Assembly: GCA_964016885.1 (NCBI GenBank)
Contig: OZ024742.1
Coordinates: 271,436,001-271,500,000 of the forward strand
Source of the DNA: Eledone cirrhosa
Taxonomy: Eukaryota
Reading direction: 5' to 3'
DNA: 64,000 bases
The translations under genes and the position numbers were made by a program. Below, one piece after another: positions 30,763 to 44,699 of the stretch. How positions within the stretch are numbered: position 1 is the first letter of the stretch; each line of letters opens with the position of its first letter. The notes under the pieces are model-generated. The model searched no databases, had not been told where the DNA came from, and saw only the letters and a list, made by a program, of their open reading frames with translations.

Positions 30763-33455
30763 CGACGTACTTGCGGCGAAATTGGCCCTTGACCAATTCT
30801 TCAATGCAAAGCACGAAGGCTGCGTTGTCAGAGCTAGGGTGCGTGGTCTCAGACACGAGTGGACGAAAGCCGTTCAATGGGCCCGTGTGGCGGAGGCGGG
30901 TCGTGGCAACAAAGCCACGATCCGGTCTTTGGTGGACCACGACGGGCGCATGCTACTCGATCCCGGGCAAATGTGTGAAGCTTTTCAGCGACACTTCGCT
31001 CAACTGTTCGGGGGCAGTGGTGGGCCGGATCGAGGGATGGACTTTAGTGTCTACCTCGACGGACTGCCGCGGCTTTCGGCCACTGAGGCGGAGTGTTGCG
31101 AAAAGCCGATAACAACCGCTGAAGTACGGGATGCAATGACTAGTTGCACAACGGGTAAATCGCCTGGTTTGGATGGTCTGCCCTATGAACTTTACGTACA
31201 ACTGCCAAACTTGTTCGGAAGCCTCTTGGCGGACGTGTACTGCAACTGGCAACAGAACGGGAGAATTCACAGCTCTGTGAGCCGAGGAGCGGTGGCGCTG
31301 CTGAGAAAGGATCCGAACAAGGGGGATAACATAGATAATTTTAGGCCCATAACTCTGCTAAACACAGAGTTCAAGATTTTGGCCAAGGTGCTAGCAAAGA
31401 GGTTGGCGCTTTTCGTTGGTGGTCTGGTGGGAGAGACATGCGCCATTCCCGACAGATCCATCCACGACAACCTCCACCTCTTGCGATACATCGTAGAGAG
31501 GGTAACTAGGGAACCTGGCACGGGTGGGTCTTTGATCAAATTAGATCAGTAGAAAGCCTTCGATAGGGTCGACCATCGTTACCTAGAAGCAGTCCTGAGG
31601 GCGGCTGGCTTTGGACCCGTCTTCAGAGACTGGATCGCTGCCATGCACAGCAACATCTGCTCTGCAGTAAGAGTGAACGGTCACTTTTCGGAACCGTTCA
31701 ACATCATGCGCTCGGTCCGCCAAGGATGTCCCCTCTCGTCCCTGATGTACGTATTGACTCTCGAGCCATTACAGGCACAAACTGGAGACGTTGAGGGGGA
31801 TCCCGCGCGAACTAGGATGCAGACGATCCGTGTCAGCATATGCCGACGATGTCACCGTAGTGGTGTCAAACGCCAACACATCGAGGCGATCGGCACTGCA
31901 CTAAGAGAATACGAAGCGGTGACAGGAGCAATGATCAACCAGGAAAAGTCAGTGGGCCTGCAGCTCGGCACCTGGAGAGGCAGGTCCATGCCGTCCAACA
32001 GCGTCGTCGGGAGCTGGACAGACGGACCGGTTAAATTGCTAGGGGTCTGGTTCGGTCCAGACCTCTAGACGGACAAAAACTGGGACGAGGTGACGAGCAG
32101 GGTGGCTTCTCTCACCTAGTAATGGGCGGAGAGGAAGCTATCCCTGAAAGATCGAGCGGAGGTGGCTAACGCGTACATCGCGTCCGTCATCTACTACCGC
32201 CTGACCGTCGTACCTTGTCCTAAGCCCCGCCTGAAAGCGCTGGAGCGTTTGCTCTTTCGCTTCTTGTGGAAGGGACGCGCTCCGATGGTCAGGCGGTCCA
32301 TCTGCTGTCAACACCCGCTACGTGGAGGGCTGGGCATGCCGTGGCTGATAATGCGCAGACACGCGCTCAGGCTACGACATCTCCACCTCTTCCTCGACGG
32401 TGATCAGGTGTGGTCGCCGTTTGCTAGACACGTTTTTCCCCAGCTCGTCTCCTTGACGGAGCTGCAGTCCTGGGTCAAGCGAAGACCGAGAGGGAGCGCT
32501 TGGAGACTGGAATGTCTTCAGGCGCTCACAGCCCTCGACCAATCGGGCAATGTGAACGGTGGAAACTCCACCTTGGCGTTCTATAGGGGATTAGTGGAGG
32601 GGAAGAGCGACGACGTACTTGGAAAAACTCTAGGCGTCGACGAAAATCAACTAGCCAATCTCTTCGGAAGGACTTTCGGGCCGGGGCCTATGGACAACTT
32701 CCAGAAATCCCTGGCCTGGCAGTGCTACCGGGGTGCTTTGCCAGTTCGGGATAAACTTTACAGGCATGGAGGTGCCGTCAGCCGGGCCTGTCCGAGATGC
32801 GCACAGGGCGACGAACCCGTCCTGCACGCACTCGTCCAGTGTCCGAGCATTGCTGACTTGTGGGTTTATGTCGAACACCTGCTGTCACGTGTAGGACGGA
32901 TCCAGCTATCAGCTGAGTCCATCGTGAGGATTGCCCCGCCCTCTTCCTTTAGCCGGGAAGGGCAGGCAGTTTGTATCTGTCTGGTGGCCATGGCGAAAGA
33001 GATAGTATGGTGGACACGTTTGAAAGGGCTGAAGACGAGCACTTACCTCTTCGCTGATGCCCTGATTAACTTTTTCAAATTTCATTTGAAAAGGAAAATC
33101 AGGGTAGAGAGGGAAGTGCTCTCTTCCCAGCATTTTGTTGAAAGATGGGTGAGAGAAGCAAGTATGGCCCGAATGAATGGGCCTTCTCTGAGTATGTGTC
33201 TGTAAATTAAAGGTGGAAAACTGGGAGAGGGCACTTGCCCTGGTGGTCAGGGTCACTGTGGTCTTTTAATGGGCTTTCTCCACATATGTCCCTCGGAAGT
33301 CTCCCCCGTATTGGGGAATTTTTCTTTGTTATTTTTGTTACATCCTCTGTTTTTGTTTTTTACACGCAGAAATGCCCATTTGTACCGTCCTGCATTGTCC
33401 TGCACTGTCCTTAATGTCTACTTTATGTAAACCCTTGTGGTTAATAAAGAAATCA
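30763..33455 (+). mobile_element. 5'-truncated Tx1-like (L1 group) LINE ORF2 and 3' UTR
   Basis: KSPGLDGLPYELY, NFRPITLLNTEFKILAK, LDQ*KAFDRV, VRQGCPLS, YADD, LGVWFG, CPRC..E.VLHALVQC. AATAAA at ~33443 is followed by (ATT)n. Stops and frameshifts present. Confidence 0.88.
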
Positions 33456-33465
33456 TTATTATTAC

Positions 33466-33505
<40 letters not shown>

Positions 33506-33511
33506 GTTATT

Positions 33512-36500
33512 ACTCTTTGAGTCTCAGTCATTGATGTTAGTTAACTGGAAAGTTTGTTGAAATGAATATCAAGCCACTACCTACAACCTCAGATATTCAG
33601 GACGTATCGGAGGGTTCTTGCTGTTCCCAGCAAGCATGCCTTTTGAAGCGTTCCAAAAAGCGTGAAGGGGCCAATTTTCTTTAACCATCCCTGGAAACTT
33701 TTTGAGATAGTCCCTAGTGCGCCTATGACAATCGGGATCACTTTGACTTCATGGCAGTTCCAAATACTTTTTACCTCCCATTTTAAGTCCTGGTATCGGT
33801 TAATTTTCTCCCACTCCTTCTCTTGCACTCTCGTGTCGAATGGGCAGGCCACATCCACAATCAGGCACGATCTTTTTTCTTTGTCCACAACCACCACGTC
33901 AGGTCTATTGTGTTCAGTTTCTTGTCCGTCTGTATCCTAAAATCCCACATCACCTTTACCTGATCGTTTTCTATCTCCGCCTCTGGCTTATGCTCATACC
34001 ATTTCTCAGAATGTGGTACATGTTTACTTTGCATAGGTGCCAGTGGATCACCCTGCCCATCACATCATGTCTCCAGCCCTTATAGTGAGTCTGGGCTAGG
34101 TGTTTACAGTCGGATACAATGTGAGCCACAGTCTCCTTTCTCTCTCAACAGATCCTGCACAGTGGGCTAGCCTCCTCCTTGTAAATATGGTGTTTCAACC
34201 ACTTCGTTTTGAGGGCCTGCTCCTGCGCAGCCATTAACATTCCTTCTGTAGCCTTTTTAAGGTCTCCTCTTTTCAACCAGTTCCATGTATGTGGATCTCT
34301 AAATTTAGTTTTCTCAAAGAAGGTACTATGAGGGGATTTTTCCTGAAGGCTGCTCTTTCTCCTTGATGTTATTTCCTCCTTGGACATCCCCTGGCCTATT
34401 GTCCCCTCCTTCAGGACAGTTCTCAGCATTGGCTCCTTACTACCAGTCACGTATTTGTGTAGGTTGTTTTTCTCCATCTGAACACAGTCCTCTATGCTGA
34501 TAAGACCTCTGCCACCTTCAGATCTCCTTAAGTAGAGTCTATCGACATCACTCCTCTTGTGGAACATGTTGTAGATAGTCAATAGCTTCCTAGTCTTCCT
34601 ATCCATTTCTTTTTTTTCAGCAACATTCCATCTCAGAATTCCCGCACTGTACCTAATAATAGACACAGCTCGGGAATTTACTGCACTTATGGCATTCCTA
34701 CTGTTCAGATGTGACTTTAATACGCTCCTTACTCTCCGAATGTATACAGTTCTCATCAATTCCTTCATTTTTTTGTTCTTGATGTCATCAGCCTCCAGAA
34801 CGCCCAAATACTTGTATCCTTCTTCAGAGTCAATTTCCTTTATCATCTCACCTGTTGTTACCTGGATTCCGTTACTTCTGCTCAACTTACTCCTCTTCAT
34901 CACAATGACTCCACACTTACTAATACCAAATTGCATACATATATCATTGCTGAAAATACGGACAGTGTCAACAAGCACATCCTTCTCACTCTTCCCGAAG
35001 AGCTTAATATCGTCCATGAAGAGGAGGTGAATGATGGTAAGCCCTCCCTTTCCCAACCTGTATCCTGCTCTCACTTTGATGTTAACTCTGTTTCCCAGGA
35101 CTTCATACTTTTGCCCAACAACTGTCTGATTTTATCTGCCACCTTGAAGATCTCCAGGCTTTTGGTGATCCAAGAATGAGGCACCATGTCAAATGCCTTT
35201 TTGTAGTCTATCCATCCCATGGCAAGACCAGTGTGTCTCCTCTTGCAATTCCTCATTAACATCTTATCAATAAGTAACTGGTCCTTTGTACCACATGACT
35301 TCTTTCGGCATCCTTTCTGTTCGTCCGGTAACAAGTTGTTTGTGTGGAGGTGATGGTAGATTTCCTCAGACATAATGCTTGTCAACAGTTTCCACATTAC
35401 GGACAGACATGTGATAGGTCTATAGTTGGTAACATCATTACCCTTGATTCGGTCTTTCATTATCAGAACTGTGGTACCTTTTGTCAACCACTCTGGTACC
35501 TCACCTGACATCAAGCAGTCATTGAACATGGTTGTCAGTTTCGGGTGGAGGGGTGTTATATTTTTAATCCAATACCCCTGCACACCATCTGGGCCTGGTG
35601 ATTTCCAGTTGGTTAGTTTTTTGGCCTGCCCCTTAAGAGTTTCAACTGTGATACTCAAATCAGTTTGTTGGTGTGCCTGTTCACTAATCTCCTTCTGTAC
35701 TGTCTCAATCCACAGTGCCTGGTCATTATGTTTCACATCCTGCTCCCATATTCCTTTCCAGAATGTTTAGTTTGTTCCGCCTCAGGGATCAAGTCGTTGC
35801 CTCTTTCTTTCCCTTCAAGCTGTCCAAACAGCATCTTCTGGTTGTTTTCGAACATGCGGTTCTGTCTATACTGACTGACTCTGTTCTCGTATCGCCTGAT
35901 TTTTGCACTCTTTGCTACAATGCGTAGCTTCAGTTCCTCTATGCTCATATTTAGCTTTTTCCTCCTAGTTTTGTACTTTATTTCCAGTCTATTTTTAGTG
36001 TCTATATTTTTTAGTGTCCCATTCAGTAGGGACTCAAGCTTTCCAATGTCATATCTGATTTTCCTGATTTCACAACTCAGTCGTTTCTTCCACCATGGCT
36101 CTGCTCTTTCTTGTCTGTTGTTTCCTCTTGCTTTTATACCAAATAGTTTCCTCACCGTATTTGCTGTTGCTTTGAGGATATTATTGCACTGGTGAAGGCT
36201 CCTCGCCTCAAGGTATGGAATGACTTTGTTTACCTTAGCTGTTGTTTCTTTTAACTTTTTCCTGTCTATAAATCGTAGGTTCATAGGTTTCCCACTATCA
36301 TTGTTCAATTCATCTACCACTAAGTTTAGGATATCAACCAAATCTTGTCCTAGCCCGTCAGCTTTCATCTCCTCAGTGGCCGTATCTCTGTTCCAGGTAT
36401 TATTTATCTCAGCTTTCAGATCATTGTCTGCTTCGGGTGGTTCCTCCGTTCTCTCGACCACTTCACCTTCATTTCCCACTGGCTCGTTTGCCTGGCATAC

Positions 36501-37319
36501 TCCACTCTCCATCTCTAAGCTAATCTCTCTGCTCAGTTCCTCCAGTTCCAGCTCGCTTATCCACCCATTAGTTCTTATTACCTGAGCCTGCCCGGCCAAT
36601 TTTTGTTCATCTAAATTAAATAGACCAATCTATTTCCAGATGTTATGCATCCGTTTCCTATAGGCTTTCTCCTTGGGGTTACTCTTCAGGTAACATTGCA
36701 TAACAGTTCTATTCAATTCTTCACCCAGTTTGTTCTGGTCCCTTTCCTTCTTCTTCTTCCTGCGACACCAGGAGTATTTGGTTGACAGCGAGGTCCCTGC
36801 TGCTGAGCCAGGTAGCACCTATTGGGTGAGAGTCTGTCACATGACATACTAATCTCCATTTCACCCTTATTCGAACTGGTTAGGTTCGACATTTAAACAC
36901 TCTTATCGAGGATTGGCGAATGTATGGTTACATAACCACCGGTGAATTTATCATCTCCGGTGGTTTCGTCACTCCACGTGATTTTTGTGTGGCATTATCA
37001 CGCTGTAGACGAACATAAATAAACAAACAACAAACAGGCAAAAAAAACCCCCAAAATGAATAAGCATAAGTTTCATTGTAATGTAGTGTTTGAATGCCTG
37101 ACTTAGTTTTTCCCTTCCCTTCTCTGTCCGTCTGTTTGTTTTCTCTTCATTCTTATTTTCTTTAGGTTTTTCGTTGTTGCCGTGCTGCTTTGATTTTGAT
37201 TTTTGTTTTTTTTTATTTTGACCGGGTCATCAATTCAGTCTATTTATATATGTTGATGCCTTCCTCTTTTAGTGTAGATTCTACAATGTAGCAGGGGGCA
37301 ACGGGAGAGAATAGCGGCG

Positions 37320-37320
<1 letters not shown>
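33512..37320 (-). mobile_element. R4/Dong-like family 1, copy 3 (frameshifts, internal deletion of the QGD region)
   Basis: ORFs 35733-36599, 35071-35736, 34145-35074 and 33589-33897 are colinear with copy 1. (TTA)n on both sides. Confidence 0.92.
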
Positions 37321-37387
<67 letters not shown>

Positions 37388-37392
37388 GTTAT

Positions 37393-39888
37393 TATCGCTA
37401 ATTAATATCGCTGGTTCAAATTGAGAATTTTGCTATTAATTTTTGCAATATTTTGAGCAATATTCATAGTTGTTGAATAAGAGAGTTTAACTGTGTGTCT
37501 ATTGAAGATAGAATAATAATTTTATATAGAGATGACATTATTTCCTATAGTTAGACATAATAATAGCGAATTACATAGAGTAAAGAAAGTAATAATTTAA
37601 AAATTACAACCTGAAATTAGAAGTAGAAAATAACAATAAAATAATTAACTTTTCAGACGTAACCCTTAATTTAAAAGCAGGCCTATATTACCCCTTCCAT
37701 AAACTCAATGAAAACCTAAATTATGTTAGATTTTACTCTAATCATCCTAAAAGTGTTAAAAATGCAATAGTCAATTGTGTCCAACAACGAATATCCAGAC
37801 CATATTTAATAGTAAAGCTGGATATTATAAGGAAGCGTTACATAAAGCAGGATATAAAAATAATATGGAATATGTAGGAAAAAATAATATTAATTATAAA
37901 AACAATAATAATATTAATTATAAAAACAATATTCATAATAATAATCGGGGTAAAAATTAGGACTAGATCTATAATTTGATATGCCTCACCAGCATATTTA
38001 GCTATTAAAACACCTTTAGCACATTTATTTTTTAAAGCCTTGGATAAATGTTTCCCTAGATCACATATGTATTACTCTATCTTCAATAGACACACAGTTA
38101 AACTGTCTTATTCAACAACTATGAATATTGCTCAAAATATTGTAAATATTAATAGCAAAATTCTTAATTTGAACCAGCATATATTTAGCGATAATAACAA
38201 TAATAATAATACTAATACAGTAGTTAATGTGAATTACAAGAACAAGAGTTTAAATACGAATAATAGTAGAACACCTAGAAATAATAACAATGATAATACG
38301 AATAGTTTAGGTTATAGAAATAACATGGAATTGAACTGTAACTGTAGAAAGAAATCTGAATGCCCTTTACAAAATAATTGCCGTGATAAGAATTTAGTAT
38401 ATAAATGTACCATTAAGAAAAAATAATAATAATACTTAGAACTACATAGGTGCCACTTCATCGAACTTTAAGTTTCGCTTTTCCAATCAAAAACATTCTT
38501 CCTCAAATCCAGATAAAATAATGTTATACTTCATTATCATAATTAATATGGTCTTTAAAAGAGAAAAATATTAAATACTCAATTTCTTGGAGTAAACTTA
38601 GGGTTTCTGATTCCTATCGGAACGCTTCCATTTCACCAAACTGCAATCTTTGCAATTTAGAAACTCTATCAATAATTACCAATTATGGTAATTTAATTAA
38701 TAAAAAGAACGATTTATTTGGAACTTGTCTCCATAAATCTGGAAAGACATTTCAAGCATCATACAAATTTAGAAAAAATACTGACTAAGAAGGAAAGTAA
38801 TATTGACTATTATTAATAATTCTTGAAATATAATTATTATTATATATATATAATGTTCACTTTACCTTAAAACTTGTATATCTTTTTTTTTATATAGTAA
38901 ATTAATCTCATGATGGGACTCAGTATAGTAAGTTCGGTTTTAGAATGATCATCAGTGATATGCGAATAAGTTGTGGTAAATATCCTTATACTATTTAATA
39001 TGTTTGTAAACTTGCTTGATAGGTAAAAATGTTTTTGACTTTTGAATTTTGTAACAAAATATTGAATATACTTATTAATTGAACTATGCTTCTGATTATT
39101 ATAGAAAATATGTTTATATTGTTTAATTTTGATATAATATATTAGTATAATTAGCTCAAACATAACCGAATACAAAAGATATTAAACATTTCACAGTATT
39201 TAATTGGTCCCTTCTATTTGACTTAATATTTGAAAACAACGGTCACGCATCATATCCTTTCTTCTTTCTTTCTTTCTTTCTTTTCTTTCTTTTATTTTTG
39301 CAGGTACGTCTTCCCTCTTCTCTCTTCTATCTCTCTCTCTCTCCTTCTTCTATCTTCTCTTCTTTTTTCTCTTTTCTTCTTTCTTCTCTTCTATCTATCT
39401 CTCTCTCTTCCTTTTCTTCCCTAACACGGATATTTATGCATTTAAATATTTAAATATTTAGATACGTATGTGTTTATTTATTTCTTCTTACATTTTCTCA
39501 TACTCACCCCCTCCTTATACTTATATCTCGCACAATATCCTCTTCTTCATTATATTTAAGTTTATCATGTTATTATTTGTGGTATATAAATATTGATATT
39601 TGGGGTAATAAAGCACTGCCAATATTGGAATTGAACCATCAAGACAGTTGAGGTATGTCATACATCAATTCATATATTTTCTCTGATGAGGACGTACTAA
39701 AAAAAACAGCACAGTACCTCCAAAATATATATAATAAAACATATATTTTGATTATCTGAACGTCTTGATTTATTAATATTTTGAACGATATTAAAAACTC
39801 CAGAAAACTTCCTTGTAGAGTGCTTTTAATCTATTGTAAAACTATATTCATTGAGTAATCAATGAACCATATTAATCTTTGGTTACAC
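37393..39888 (+). mobile_element. PLE family G: remainder of left arm (37393-37518, minus), right arm (37520-39785, plus) and tail
   Basis: 37393-37518 is the reverse complement of ~38068-38192. The right arm starts at LYRDD, then NFSDVTL, SNHPK, KLSYS, CNCRKKSECPL, YIG. Confidence 0.9.
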
Positions 39889-39889
39889 A

Positions 39890-39946
<57 letters not shown>

Positions 39947-39947
<1 letters not shown>

Positions 39948-40512
39948 GGGCGGGTAAAATTCCAGAGATCCATGGACGAGTTCTCTCCAGTGGTCTCTGT
40001 CCATCATTATCGCTGCCATGTCCTGCGTCTCCAACAGACCAGTGTCTGTCCTTAGGGCATCAACAAACGTTAACCTTGGTCTTCCTCTTCCAGTGCGTCC
40101 ATGTAGGGGCTCCCACAGGAGCACTGAGTGCAATGACAAGTCTGGATGTCGGTGAACATGTCCAGCTAACCTCAATCTCCTCTGTGCCACTTTTGAGCTG
40201 GCTTTTGGATGACATTCTTACAGGCTTATGGAATCCCCAAGAAGATAGTGGACCTGATAGCACTGCTCTACACCAACACCAAAGCCCAAGTCATTACACC
40301 TGATGGGATGAAAGAGTTCTTTGAGATACTGGCTAGAGTGCTCCAGGGAGATACATTGGCTCCCAACTTTTTTTATCATCATATTGGAGTCTGTGCTGCT
40401 GTACGGGTCTGAAATTGGACACTGGCCAAGAAAGTCACTCGGATGGTAGATGGGTGCTACACAAGAATGCTGAGGATTGCTCTGAAGATTAATCAGTATA
40501 CACTGAGGATGA
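39947..40512 (-). mobile_element. RTE-clade LINE fragment with 5' inversion
   Basis: Minus-strand 3' end (RRLRLAGHVHR..GRPRLTF), then plus-strand pieces YGIP..VLQGDTLAP and ESVLLYG..RMLRI..NSELYG. Flanked by TA. Confidence 0.85.
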
Positions 40513-40529
40513 AAAACTCAGAGCTGTAT

Positions 40530-40617
<88 letters not shown>

Positions 40618-40621
<4 letters not shown>

Positions 40622-41492
40622 TAAACGGAATAGAGAATGCTGACAAATTGTTCACAGTTGAAAAATGGTTTAATTAGGAATAAAAGAGTATTAGTAATTG
40701 TATGGGTTAGTATTCAGTTGTGGTTTTAAGTTTTTCAAAGTTTTTACCGGTTGCGCATTTCTAAATGTTTTTCAAAAATAATTTTGAGATAGAGTGTCCG
40801 TGTTGTTTGCTCTGATCTGATTAGTTTTGGGAACTCTACCTGTTTTTATGTTAAAAAAATAGAATGAACCAAATCCTACTAACACACGATACCATAGAGA
40901 GCAACAGACAATCCAAGTCAATGAAAAACATCCTTACACATGCCAAAGTAATGCCAACCACAACAACGAAACCCACAGTAAAAAATGCGATAGACCCAAC
41001 TGTGGCATTTGCATCAACCTAATAGAGTGTTCGGAATTCTATTTCAAAGAAGGACAACGTTTTATAGTAAAACACAATTTCACATGTGCATCGGAAAATC
41101 TAATATATGTATTAACTTGCTCAGGTTGTCGAGAACAATACATAGGCCAGACCAAAATCAGCCTCCGCCAACGCATGACTGTCCATAGATCCCAAATTAA
41201 AATACGGGAATACAGGAAATTACCACTGAGTGAAAACATTGATACCTGTGCCGCCCCAAATCATCCCAACTTCAGAATCTTTCCCCACTACAAATTTAAA
41301 GATAATGCCACCCACACCCAGCGCATCAGCAAGGAATATTACTTCATTAACAAATACGGACCCCGTCTAAACACTTCGCCCTAAGACGAACCCACAACAT
41401 ACACACGTCAACATACATACCTACATACATACCCACTTATAAACACAATGACATACGTAAACACACATGCTCTATGGTGCAACACCAAAAAA

Positions 41493-41561
<69 letters not shown>

Positions 41562-41590
41562 AATATATGTATATATATATATATATATAC

Positions 41591-41621
<31 letters not shown>

Positions 41622-41764
41622 GTGAATATCATTTCACACCTTTTATTGTTAAGATGTTTGATGTTCTATTAAGAGAACCGATTTTACTGAAATAATCGAA
41701 TAATGTACACCATTTTACCAGGGGGAAAAAATACTTGTCCACCCACACACACACACACATTCTC

Positions 41765-41795
<31 letters not shown>

Positions 41796-41978
41796 TATAT
41801 ATACACACACACACACACATACATACGCGTACATTAACATACACAGAGATTTATACACACACACGCACTTCTCCGTATAAGACAAAAGCTGAAAAATATC
41901 TTTTGACATGTTAAAATACCCCCCATTGCTTACAAACACAGTCTTACTGACCATCCCTGCTACCACGAATTACTCTGC

Positions 41979-42023
<45 letters not shown>

Positions 42024-42529
42024 ATCTTAATAGCCATTTGACACACATCCCTGCAAACCATTATCACAACATCGAACACCTTACTACTACGACTACACAC
42101 ACACACACACCCACACACACACATATATTTGTTGTGAAAGAGTCATTTCTCAGTCTTGGCGCAAAATCAATTTTTTATTCATTTGACCTCTACCGACCAA
42201 ACAAAATTCTTTTAACCACAAGAATTTTTGCAAACACCAAGTAGCGCTGGAGCCACTTTTTAACATAAAAACAGGTAGAATTCCCAAAACTAATCAGATC
42301 AGAGCAAACAACACGGACACTCTATCTCAAAATTATTTTTGAAAAGCATTTAGAAATGCGCAACCGGTAAAAACTTAAAAACTTAAAACCACAACTGAAT
42401 ACTAACCCATACAATTACTAATACTCTTTTATTCCTAATTAAACTATTTTTCAACTGTGAACAATTTGTCAGCATTCTCTATTCCGTTTACCAATATATA
42501 ATAACTTGTGTGTTACACCTCTGTTCTTT

Positions 42530-42533
<4 letters not shown>
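40618..42533 (+). mobile_element. Fold-back PLE (family C, Neptune-like GIY-YIG)
   Basis: Inverted arms ~40618-40858 / ~42256-42494 plus a 38-bp tail. Body reads CDRPNCGIC..FTCASENLIYVLTCSGCREQYIGQT..LRQRMTVH. Confidence 0.88.
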
Positions 42534-42605
<72 letters not shown>

Positions 42606-42606
<1 letters not shown>

Positions 42607-43034
42607 GGTAGTGTCCAATCCGTATGAAGAACTCAATGTAATCCAAATATCATGAAAAGAGCAGAAGTATTCAAAATTCTTCTCGATGAAAAACACAGGA
42701 AAACAGAATCAAGATAAATTAATAAAAATAATGAATAAAAACAAAGAAACAGTTCCTTATATTAAAAAATTCATCATTTTACGATAGTTTATCGGATATA
42801 TATGTGTGTTGGTATATTTATTATATAGATCTATGTAAAATGTTTACAGACTATCAGGGGGAATATATATGTGTAGGTATGTATATTCCCTCTGATAGTC
42901 CGTAAACATTTTACATGGATCTATATAATATACATACCAACACACACATATATATCCTAGAAACGATCGTAAAATGATGAATTTTTTAATATAAGTAACT
43001 GTTTCTTTATTTTTATTGATTATTTTTATTAATT

Positions 43035-43035
<1 letters not shown>
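42606..43035. mobile_element. Non-coding fold-back mini-element
   Basis: Inverted arms ~42716-42867 / ~42881-43035 with a ~110-bp tail on the left. Contains an HHR-like 3' half GAAAC-gatc-GTA at ~42960. Flanked by TA. Confidence 0.75.
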
Positions 43036-43065
<30 letters not shown>

Positions 43066-43144
43066 CTGTCTATGTGCGTGGGGGGGGTATGTGTGTCGGT
43101 GTGGTTGTGTGTGTGTGGGTGTGTGTGGATATATAGTACCAAAT

Positions 43145-43326
43145 AATTGTTTCTACTTTAGGCACAAGGCCAGCAATTACCCAGTACATTACTGGTACTT
43201 TATGTTATCGACCCCGTAAGGATGAAAGGCAAAGTTAACCTCGGCGGCATTTGAACTCAGACTGTAAAGGGACGTAACTATGCTAGAAAACATGGCGTTC
43301 AACTCTCTACCGATACTGCCAATCAA
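43145..43326 (-). mobile_element. tRNA-derived SINE
   Basis: Reverse complement of the 14919-15105 family. Confidence 0.85.
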
Positions 43327-43651
43327 ATAATGATCAAGAAATATATAGTTGCCACGCAGAAGTACGGATATTCTCAAATACCTCAGGTTTTATATTAATA
43401 CCACTCTGCGGGGAGTAGTTGAACAATATGAAACTCATTGTAAGCTTTCATTAAGGGTTTTATGGGTTAATGCATTGAAATATACGAGACCTTCAATTTA
43501 TTTTATTTGTTTATCTATATTTACATTCTGGTACGCTAAGCCGTTAAAAGCATCTGTTTTATTTCAGCATGGGATTGATAAGCTTCGAAATACAAAGTTG
43601 GAAATGAAAATAACAGTATCAATAACAACAACAAAGACGGCAAAACGAAAA

Positions 43652-43683
<32 letters not shown>

Positions 43684-43974
43684 ACATTGTCAACAATATG
43701 AACGAAGTGAGCAACGAGATCGGCAGCATAAAACAAACGTGAGATAATAAGAGATAAGAACAAATTAAAAGAAACGAAACAAGAAGTGATAGCAATAATG
43801 TTAGTACTAATAATAACAAAATTAACAAAACTACTACTGAAATGCTACAAATAATGAATAGCGACAGCTACAATCCAAGATATTGTTACTCTAAATGAAT
43901 ATGCGTACGATGTAAAATTGAGAAAGGTAAATTCATTTCCATGTAAATGCTCACGAATAGACACACACACACCG

Positions 43975-44013
<39 letters not shown>

Positions 44014-44699
44014 CGCATATATATATATATATGAGTATATGTGCATGTGCATTAGTGATTATGTGTATGTCTTAGTTTATCGATTATGGTATTCATTCTT
44101 TTCTTTTAATTTACTATTTATTTATTGTTTATGATCTTTATACCGACTACGATGTCCCTGCGGGATAATTAACGTGGAAAATAGTTCTATTCTTGTCGTG
44201 CGTGTCAGGTCTCTCTACTCTCTGTTATTCTATCTTTATATATCACTAAATCCATTTTCCTATCCCATTTTTTACACTATCAACTCCTATTACTCTTATT
44301 TCGTATTCTTTTTATTTATCGATCAATTCTAGCTATATATTCTGCATCTATTTCTCTATTTATCTATACATGTATACATACATGTGTGTGTGAGTTTGTG
44401 CGCGTATGTAATTGTGTGGGTATATGTGCCAGTGTCTGTGTGTGGTGTATGTGTGCATTTCTCTGTGTGTAAGTATAATTATGTACATAAATGCACAAAC
44501 AGACATGGACACATATGTCAGTAATTATTCATAGCCCAATATATATGCATATGTGCTTATATACATGAAGTTAAGCTGTTTCATTAAATATTCGATTCGT
44601 TAATCCATTACTCTGTATGCTACCGAAAATTTCCCATATGGCCATGACACCATATTAGTTATGTTGAAAACCATGCACCTGAAATATTTAATTTAAATA

